Program-made: the position numbers and the translations under genes | The notes under the pieces: generated by a model | Seen by the model: the letters and a program-made list of their open reading frames with translations, nothing else | Told to the model about the DNA's origin: nothing | The model's database searches: none | In this document: in pieces, positions 54,468 to 64,000 of the stretch | How the letters are laid out: every line of letters starts with the position of its first letter | Numbering within the stretch: the stretch's first letter is position 1 | Origin: Mobula hypostoma | Lineage: Eukaryota | Length of the DNA: 64,000 nucleotides | Direction of reading: 5' to 3' | Assembly (NCBI RefSeq): GCF_963921235.1 | Contig: NC_086128.1 | Location: forward strand, 13,268,001 to 13,332,000

Positions 54468-55185
54468 AACTGAAGGAAGAGTGAGTAAGGGATTTGAAAG
54501 CTGGAGGGGGAGGGGGAGATGCAAAATGATAGGAGAAGACAGGAGGGGGAGGGATAGAGCCGAGAGCTGGACAGGTGATTGGCAAAAGGGGATACGAGAG
54601 GATCATGGGACAGGAGGTCCGGGAAGAAAGACAGGCGGGGGGGGGGGGTGACCCAGAGGATGGGCAAGAGGTATATTCAGAGGGACAGAGGGAGAAAAAG
54701 GAGAGTGAGAGAAAGAATGTGTGCATAAAAATAAGTAACAGATGGGGTACGAGGGGGAGGTGGGGCCTTAGCGGAAGTTAGAGAAGTCAATGTTCATGCC
54801 ATCAGGTTGGAGGCTACCCAGACGGAATATAAGGTGTTGTTCCTCCAACCTGATGGCATGAACATTGACTTCTCTAACTTCCGCTAAGGCCCCACCTCCT
54901 CCTCGTACCCCATCTGTTACTCATTTTTATGCACACATTCTTTCTCTCACTCTCCTTTTTCTCCCTCTGTCCCTCTGAATATACCTCTTGCCCATCCTCT
55001 GGGTCACCCCCCCCCCGCCTGTCTTTCTTCCCGGACCTCCTGTCCCATGATCCTCTCGTATCCCCTTTTGCCTATCACCTGTCCAGCTCTCGGCTCTATC
55101 CCTCCCCCTCCTGTCTTCTCCTATCATTTTGCATCTCCCCCTCCCCCTCCAGCTTTCAAATCCCTTACTCACTCTTCCTTCAGTT

Positions 55186-55221
55186 AGTCCTGACGAAGGG
55201 TCTCGGCCTGAAACGTCGACT
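55186..55221 (+). ncRNA. Minimal hammerhead motif, intact core (predicted cleavage after C55217)
   Basis: Stem I AGTC/GACT, CTGACGA, stem II AGG/CCT, GAAA, palindromic ACGT, GTC cleavage triplet. Confidence 0.8.
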
Positions 55222-56143
55222 GCGCCTCTTCCTATAGATGCTGCTTGGCCTGCTGCGTTCACCAGCAACTTTGATGTGTGTCACCACTGTATACACAAGT
55301 CTTTCATTGATGTATTTTCAGACATGGACAATGACATACAATAAAATGCTATACAAGTGCCAGACCTTTCTTTTCTAAAAGAAAGTTTTTTTCCCTGTAC
55401 TGTATTAATTCCAGTCACCTGCAGGGATTTTTTTTTTTACTCCTCCTGTGCTGAGAATGACTATCCCTAATTTTTGCTGTATGCTTTTAATTCAGTGATC
55501 AAACAAAGATTCAAATCACATAGAGGTGCCGTGCATTTTAGTTCAAATTGGAGATTGTAAATCCTGGCAAAATGATGGATTTTACAGAGTGATTTATTCA
55601 ATACCATGTAGAACTCAAAGTCATTTTGCAATTCTAATAGTTATTCACAGAATTGAAACATTCTCACTAGCTTTATAACCAACTAATAAATAAAAGGACG
55701 GAGTTTTAACAGCATAAGCCATTTCATTTAAATTCTAATTTTAAAAGGATATGGAAGGCAGGTGTAGAAAGAAAAGGGGAATAGATCTAATCAATGAAGG
55801 CACATAAGGCCATAAATAAGGAGGCCGCTGTCTATCTTAACGCCATAGCAATTCCCAAGCTCTCAATATATCAGAATATTGCTTCAGACACCCATCCTTC
55901 TAAAAAAGTGTCACAATATAAATAAACAAAGATAGGTAGCCAGTTGGATGTTGACCTGGAGCCATACAGGCGTGTGCCAATCTGAAAATTTAACAATGGA
56001 AATTAACCTTAATTAACAGTAATTACCATTCTGTGGTTTTTACAAAGGGACATGCCAGATTGAACATAGCTACACTTCTGGAGAAGATTCCACTTTAATA
56101 GAACTGTAAAACAGTTCTGCACCTTAACATACAAGTAGCTCAC

Positions 56144-56597
56144 CTGTGTTGCTACTACAGGAGGGAGATTGGCGTTTCAATCCTTGGGCAGTTGGGAGCA
56201 AGTCTGCAGAGTTGTAGCTGACAGATGTGGGTAATGTGCCCATCACATTCAAAGGGTGTTCAGTGGAAGGAAGCAAGATCTCAGACTGCTGCTTGATAGT
56301 ACAAAACTCACTTGCAGCTCCAGAAACAGCATTAATCTTTTCTGAGTCGTGCACCACTGTAGGTTTTTGACTGGAAGTCGGTTCTGTATTGCCGGATGGT
56401 GGAACACATCCTTCAGCTTCTTGCTGATTGGAGGCAGTGGCAATGGGACTAGGTTTCAAGATGGCACCAGACAGTTTGGGACATCCTTCTGACAGGAAGG
56501 GTACACTTGCATCACACCTGCTTTCTGCAAGTGTCTCTTCAATTATCTTCACCTCCTGAATCTCTTTCCGTAGAAGCTGAGCAAGGAGCTCAATTTT
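56144..56597 (-). CDS. troap: TROAP/tastin-like exon (KIELLAQLLRKEI...SSNT)
   Basis: ttatag|AAA...G|gtgagc, 454 nt, phase 0/1. Resembles tastin RIGILQQLLRQEV followed by an S/P/C-rich region. Confidence 0.82.
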
Positions 56598-57171
56598 CTA
56601 TAAAATCAAAATATATCATAACAGTGAGGGCTTGGAGAAAGTAGAACCAAGTGACACAGAAAATCAGTTCCCCTGCTCAGTAAACACATTGCTTCTCACA
56701 GTGAGAAGTAAAGATTAGAATTAGCAGCTGAAAACTGAGCAGCTCTTCAACCTGTACATTTGGCCAGAGAACAGTAGACAGGGAAAGAAGCTCAGTACAT
56801 GAAAAAAAAGATGGGGGGTGGGGGGGGGGGGAGAAGAGAGAGACAGAGAGAAAAAACAAAAAAAATCTCTCCCACTCAGAACTTTAAATTAAGCTAACAA
56901 ATGCAATGGTAGAATAAATTAGCCTAATTTGCTGTTTTCATTTGTTCAAAGCTCTTTTTTTAAAAAAAAGAAAGGAGCAAGAATGTGGTAGGTTAAAAGG
57001 GGCTGAATTTTGCCTCAAGTCTCCCACTAGCCCTGTCTCAATACAAAATTACTGGGGAAAGAAGAAAGTTAACAAAGTACTTATAATACCCAAGGGATGC
57101 CAAGTCAACATCACTGGTAGCAATATTTTTAATCAGGTTTAAATTATGTCATTAAACACTGGTTCTTGTAC

Positions 57172-57318
57172 CTTCAGCTTTTCCAGCTTTAGGTCCACAA
57201 GTGCTGGACTCTCCTGAGACTTTGGTCCTTCTTGTTCTTGCTTCAGGCTTGGTGTCTCTGGTACTTTCTCTTTATTTCCATCCTCAGGATCATTGAAAAG
57301 ACAAATTACTACCTGATC
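57172..57318 (-). CDS. troap: TROAP/tastin-like exon (DQVVICLFND...KLEKLK)
   Basis: ctttag|GAT...AAG|gtac, 147 nt, phase 0/0. Resembles human tastin EQVAVRLFDQE (recalled). Confidence 0.8.
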
Positions 57319-57697
57319 CTAAAGTAGAGAAATGACAAATCTATTATACAGTGCAAAATCATCACACTAATTCTCTGAAAAGATGAACCTCTGTCTATTG
57401 AAAAATAAATTATCAACATGATCGCACATCTGGTTTGAAGTGATTATTTAGTTCAATATTTAACTATATCATTCAACAACTTTGCACCTTGAAGGGGAGA
57501 GCTTACAATGGTGCTTTACAGAGGGAGAGAAAAAAAGATGGATCCAAGCCACAATGCCAGTATTATGATGGGTAACTGAAAGATTGGTAAAAAAAATGTT
57601 CAGAACAACTGTTTCAAACGCCAACTCCCCTCCCACACCTCCACCGAGTTATAATATGGTACATCGTTGAATTGAAATCTAGGTATCAGTCACTTGC

Positions 57698-57793
57698 CAT
57701 TGGATCCTTTTCATTGTCTGATGCAGTCCTGTTAGTATCCTTGCCTTTAACAGAGCAAACATCTGACCATTTCACATATTTGTAATTTGCAAC
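57698..57793 (-). CDS. troap: TROAP/tastin-like internal exon (VANYKYVKWSDV...KDPM), probable GC donor
   Basis: Acceptor cttacag. Only one frame is open. The best phase-0 donor is ATG|GCAAGT. Confidence 0.55.
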
Positions 57794-58221
57794 CTGTAAG
57801 AATGAAATGGAGCTATGTTAACAAAAGATTTGTATTACATTTCTCAATGCCTATGAATGAAAGTGTAACTAGAAATTCGAGATCTCAAATTCTCAATCCA
57901 TTCTTACAAGAAAAGGAAGCATGCATAAAGATCAGGTAGCGAGAATTGTAAAATAAGATCTATTGGTATATGAACTGAAATTGGAACTTGCCAATCATGC
58001 CATTAAATGAGAAATCATTCTGAGAAATGAGAAGTAAGAGGAGCAATAACTTTAAACCAGCAAATGGCCACTTCTAAAGATCTGATGACAAATGAAGTAC
58101 ACATGTAAGAATTCTTTATTAAATCGATGAGACCCCATTGTCACTAAATGCCCATTAATTCAGTGGGCATACTAAAGAGGGAAAAATTATGCTCTCATTT
58201 TAATTAACACAGATGTCAAAT

Positions 58222-61200
58222 GACCATAAAGCCATGAGACATAGGAGCAAAATTAGGCTATTCGGCCCATGAGTCTTCTCCACCATTTCATCTTGGCTGA
58301 TCTATTTTCCTTCTCAACCCTATTCTCCTGCCTTCTCCCTGGAACCTTTCACACCCTGACTAATCAAGAATCTCTCAGCTTCCTCCCTAAATGCACCCAA
58401 TAACCTAGCCTCCAGTCGCCTGTGACAATGAATTCCATGATTTATCACCTTTTTGGCTAAAGAAATTCCTCCTCATCTCAATTCTAAATGGACATCCCTC
58501 TATTCTGAGGCTGTGCCCCCTGGACCTAGACTCCCCCATTATAGGAAACATTCTCTCCACATCCACCCTATCTAGGCCTTTCAACATTTGGAAGGTTTCA
58601 ATAAGATCCCCCCCTCATTCTTTCACATTCTAGCGTTTAAAGACCCAAAGCATCAAATGCTTCTCATATGAAAACCCTTTCATTCCTGGAATCATTTTCA
58701 CAAACCTCCTCTGAACCCTCTCAATGTCAGCACATCCTTTCTGCTCACAATACTCCAAGCGAGGCCTTACCAGTGCCTTAAAAAGCCTCAGAATTACATT
58801 CTTGCTTTTATATTTTAGTCCTCTCAAAATGAATGCATTTGCCTTTCTCACCAAAGACTCAACCTACAAATTAACCTTTAGGGAATCATGCACGAGGACA
58901 AGTCCCTTTGCACCTCAGATTTTTGAATTTTCTCCTCATTCTGAAAATAGTCAATAATTTTATTCCTTTTACCAAAGTGCATGACCATACACCTCCTGAC
59001 ACTGTATTCCATCTGCCACTTCTTTGCCCATTCTCCTAACCTTTCCAAGTCCTTCTGTAGCCTCTCTGCTCCTTCAACACTACTTGCCCCTCCACCTATC
59101 TTTGTACTGTCCGCAAACTTGGCCACAAAGCCATCAATTCTGTCACTAAAATCATTGACATATAATGTAAAAAGCAGTCCCAACACTGACCTTGTGGAAT
59201 AATTCTAACAGATTGGTCAGGCAAAACATCCCCATTAGAAAACCATGCTGACTTTGGCCTATTTTATTATGTGCCTTCAAATACTCCGAAAACACATTGA
59301 ATTTAAGTGAATTGACTTTTATTTCTTCCATCCTTCACATACACGAGGAGTAAAAATCTTTTATGTTATGTCTCCGTCTAAATGTGCAACTTATAGTAAT
59401 TCATAATAAATAGTATGTACAACAGGACAGTCAATATAGCATAGAAATACAATGTATCAGTGTGAATTAATCAGTCTGATGGCCTGATGGAAAAAGCTTC
59501 TCCTGGAGCCTGTTGGTCCAGGCTTTTATGCTGCGGTACCGTTTCCTGGATGGTAGCAGCTGGAACAGTTTGTGGTTGGGTGACTAGGGACCCTAATGAT
59601 CCTTCGAGCCCTTTTTACACACCTGTCTCTGTAAATGTCCTGAGTAGTGGGAAGTTCACGTCTAGAGATGGGCTGGGCACCACTCTCTGCAGAATCCTGT
59701 GATTAAGGGAAGTACAGTTCCCATACCAGGCAGTCATGCAGCCAGTCAGGATGCTCTCAATTGTGCCCCTGTAAAAAGTCTTTAGGATTTGGGGGCCCAC
59801 ACCAAACTTCCTCAACCGTCTGAGGTGAAAGAGGCGCTGTTGTGCCTTTTTCACCACACAGCTGGTGTGTACAGACCCCGTGAGATCCTTGGTAATGTGC
59901 ATGCTGAGGAACTTAAAGCTGTTCACCCTCCCAACCCCAGATCCATTGATGTCAATAGGGGTTAGCCCATCTCCATTCCTCCTGTAATCCACAACCAGCT
60001 CCTTTGTTTTTGCAACACTGGGGGAGAGGTTGTTTTCTTGACACCACTGTGTCAGGGTGATGACTTCTCTGTAGGCTTCCTCGTTATTATTTGAGACAAG
60101 ACCTATCAATGTAGTATCGTCAGCAAATTTAATTAACAGATTGGAGCTGTGGGTGGCGACATAGTCATGGGTATACAGGGAGTAAATGAGGGGTTCAGCA
60201 CACAGCCCTGAGGGGCTCCTGTGTTGAGTATCAGAGCGACAGAGATGAGGGAGCCCACTCTTACCACCTGCCAGCGATCTGACAGGAAGTCCAGGATCCA
60301 GATGCACAGAGCAAGGTGAATGCAGAGGTCTCTGAGCTTCCTGTTGAGCCTGGAGGGAAGTATGGTGTTGAATGCTGAACTGTAGTCCAAGAACAGCATT
60401 CTCACATAAGCATCCTTCTTCTCCAGATGTGCAAGGACGGTGTGTAGAGCTGTGGCTATTGTGCTATCTGTTGAGGCTATTGAGTCATCTGTTATCAGTT
60501 GTGTTGGTAAGTGAATTGCTAGAGACTTAACAATCGACTTCAACATCTTTCCAACCACTGAGGTCAGGCTAACTGGTCTAAAATTTCCTTTCTTCTGCCT
60601 CCCTCTCTTCTTGAAAAGTGAAGTGACATTTGCAATTTTCCAGTCCTCTGGAACTATGCCAGAATCTATTTATTCTTTAAAGATCATTACTAATGCCTCC
60701 ACACTCTTTTCAGCTACCTCTTTCAGAACCCCGGGGTGGAGTCCATCTGGTCCGGGTGACTTACCTACCTTCAGACCTTTCAGCTTCCCAAGTACCTTCT
60801 CAGTAGTAATAGCAACAACACTCACCTGCCCCCTGACACTCTTAAACTTCTGGCATACTGCTAGTATCTTCCACAGTGAAGACTGACGCAAAATACTTAT
60901 TCAGTTCATCCACCATTCCCTTGTCCCCATTACTACTTCTCCAGCGTCATTTTCCAGTGGTCTAACATTTCACCTTTTTCTTTTACTCTTTATATATCTA
61001 AAGAAACTTTTGGTATCCTCTTTGATAGTATTGATTAGCTTACCTTTGTATTTCATCTTCCCCACTCCCCATACGGCTTTTTTATTGCCTTCTGTTGGTT
61101 TTTAGGATTTTCCCAATCCCCTAACTTCCCCACTATGTTTTGCTCTATTATATACTCTCCCTTTTGCTTTTATGTTGGCTTTATGTTGTCAGCCAGGTTG

Positions 61201-62620
61201 CATCATCCTGTTGTTAGAATACTACTGCACTACTTTTTTGGGATGCATCTTTCCTGCACCTTCTGAATTGCTCTTAAAAATAGCTCTGCTGTCATCCCTG
61301 TTAATGTCCCTTTCCAATTAACTTTGGCCAGCTCCTCTCTCATGCCTCTGTAATTCCCTTTATGCCATTGTAATACTGATACATCTGACTTTACCTCCTC
61401 CATCTCAAACTGCAGGGTGAATTCTATCATATTATGATCATTGTTCCCTGTAGGGGTTCATTTACCTTAATTAACCTCCCTAATCAAATCTGATTAATTA
61501 CAAAATACCCAATCCAGAACAGCTGATTTCCTAGTGGGCTCAAACACAAGCTGCTATAAAAGCCAACTTATAGGCATTCTACAAATTCTCTCTCTTGGGA
61601 CCCAAAATCAGCATCAACCTGATTTTTCCAATCTACCTACATATTGAAATTCCCTATGACTATCATAACATTGCCCTTTTGTCATGCGTTTTCTGTCACC
61701 TGTTGTAATTTGTAGCCCACGTCCTGGCTGCTGTTCAGAGGTTTGTATACAACTCCCACCAGAATCTTTTTACCCTTGCAATTTCTTAACTCTACCCACA
61801 AGAGTTCTACATCTTCAAATCCTATGCCAACCTCTTTAAGGATTTGATTTCATTTTTTACCATTAGAGTTTCACCACCACCTCTGCGTACCTGCCTGTTC
61901 TTTCAATACAATGTATATCCTTGGATGTTAAGTTCCAAACTATAATCTTCTTTTAGCCACAACTCAGTGATGCCCAGAACGTCATACCTGCCAATCTCTA
62001 ACTGTACTACAATATCATCCACTTTATTCCTTATACTGTGTGCATTTAAATATAACACCTTCAGTCCTGTATCCGTCACTCTTTCTGGTTTTGTCCCCCT
62101 TTTTTACATTGCAACTCATCACATTGACTGCAATTTTTCCCTACCATCTGCCTGTCCTTCCTGACAGTCTCCCTACACACTGCATCTACTTGTATACCAA
62201 CTGCCCCATCCTCAGCCTTATCACTCCAGTTCCCATCCCACTGTCAAATTACTTTAAACCCTCTACAACAGCTCTAGCAAACTTGCCTGCAAGGATATTG
62301 GTCCCCCTTGGGTTCATGCATAACCCATCCACAGGGGTAATCAGTACTGGCTGCTCATTTCCTTTCCCACTCCTGACAAAGTCACCCATTTTCCTGCCTC
62401 ATACAGCTTGGGGGTAATCACCTCCCTGTAGCTTCTATCTATTAACTCCTCAGTTTCCATTATGAGCTGAAGGTCATCGAGCTGCAGCTCCAGTTCCTTA
62501 ACACGCTCTCTGAGGAGCTGCACCTCAGTGCACCTGGTGCAGATGTGGTTATCCGGGAAGCTGAAGGTCTCCCAGAATTCCCACGTCTCACACAAAGACC
62601 ACAACACAGCCCCGGAGCCA
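58222..62620 (-). mobile_element. Near full-length degenerate CR1 LINE in a troap intron
   Basis: ORF1-like CxxC..CTRC plus coiled coil (62341-62607), endonuclease, and RT fragments (KSPGPDGLHP, KFADSTK). Interrupted by a Rex1-like LINE. Confidence 0.88.
59297..60476 (-). mobile_element. Rex1/Babar-like LINE 3' part nested in CR1
   Basis: [48 protein letters not shown]. Confidence 0.82.
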
Positions 62621-63429
62621 TCCTTATGGCACTAAATACGCACTAACAGACAAAACATGCCATACAAAGTACAGTAAACTCTTAATATGGCATTTTCAGG
62701 CTCGAGTGGTGCCGGACCAGCAGATCTTCTGGATTTTTGGATGCTACTTTATTAATAGTTCAATACAATTTTAATTTTAAAAAAATTTACAAGTAACACT
62801 TCAGTGAACCCTGCAAGTGGAAGAGCAACTAACATAACCAGGTGAGATAGCGTGTGTGGGGGAACTGGCACCCAAGTTGTAATTGCAAGTGTCTTCTGGT
62901 GTGCCAGATGCCGAATTGTCATCCTTTCTGAATGGCAGGATTGTGGATTATCGGAGTTTTACAGCAGAACATGACCTTCTATTTTATCTCAAACAGATTC
63001 CTTTTATCATTCTTCAATCACCATTTTTAAGGATTTCAAATGCTTGCTGCTGTATTGTTCTATACTTCCGGTATCACCCCTAATACCATACAGTGCAATT
63101 CACAGCAGGATGGTCACTATTTAGGGGCTATGGGCAGGTAGGTTAGGAATATTAAAAAACAGATTGAATGAGTATGGATACAATAATATGATCTGCTCCT
63201 TCCCCTGGAGTATCAAGCAACTTAGAAAGCTTGCAAGTAACCAACACTAGGGTAAGAGGCAAGGGTAGATTATTTTCAACGTCAATTTCAATTGAGAGGT
63301 GCAAAACATGCACATCATATCCTTGAAGTTACACATTAATTTTCAGGCTCAGTCCCAATGAATAAGTTAATAATCAAAGAGGAAGTAGCTAATAATTTAG
63401 GAAAGTTCAATATATTCAACAAATTTGCT

Positions 63430-64000
63430 CAAAATCTTTGAGGATGTAACATGGAGGTTTCGAGGGGAACCTGTGGTTTCCAAAAAGCTTTTGACAAGGT
63501 GTCACTTAAGACGCTGGTGCATAAATTAAAAGCCCGGTGAAGGAAGAAGCATGTTAGAATGAACTGAAAGGTGGCAGTCTCATAGAAAACAGTCAGAATA
63601 ACTGGGTCCTATTCAGACTGGAAGGAGGTAACTAGCAGCGTACTGCAGGGATCAGATTCTGGTCCACAATTGTTCACCATTTACAATATTCACCTGGAGG
63701 AAGGAACAGTATGCAAAGTTTCCAAATTTGCCAATGATATGAAAATAAGTGGAAGTGCACATTGTGACTCTGCAACGGATATAGATGGATTGAGTGACTG
63801 GGGAAAAGACTGGCAAATGAAGTTTAATGTGGGGAAGAGCGAGATTGTGCATATTGGTAAGGGAAATCGAAAGGCTAATTATGTATGGAAAGAGACTAAA
63901 AGTGGGTGAAGTTCACAAGGATCTAGGTGTTCTAGTGTATCAATCACAAACATTTAGAGGGCAGGTCTAACAAGTAGATAAATATTTGATGCATCATGTA
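63430..64000 (+). mobile_element. Degenerate CR1 RT fragment
   Basis: FQKAFDKV, KFANDMKI, WQMKFNVGK. Confidence 0.8.

Larger units (their letters stand above)
54336..55280 (-). mobile_element. Palindromic Penelope pLTR insertion in a troap intron
   Basis: TSD TCACCACTGTATACACAA at 54318-54335 and 55281-55298. Arms 54373-54813 and 54842-55280 are nearly identical, with a 28-nt spacer. Confidence 0.93.

Overview
This is eukaryotic, repeat-rich vertebrate DNA. The CR1, Rex1, Penelope, V-SINE and Deu-SINE content points to a cartilaginous fish, probably a ray (inference). Two minus-strand spliced genes can be rebuilt by hand with consistent exon phases. One is a complete 5-exon, 278-aa aquaporin best matching Aqp14 (27122->15123). 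The other is the last five coding exons of a TROAP/tastin-like gene (57793->53163). The rest is mostly retroelements, including a nested stack: CR1 containing an internally deleted gypsy LTR element and a Penelope insertion. The most striking signal is a family of Penelope-derived fold-back insertions carrying minimal hammerhead ribozymes. Three copies have clear 13-18 bp target-site duplications and share an unpaired ~37-nt tail. One is a near-perfect ~0.9-kb palindrome and one is a 215-bp non-coding element with a tandem hammerhead dimer. Most ORF-track entries are TE fragments or noise. TE boundaries are approximate, and family calls come from motif recognition, not database searches.
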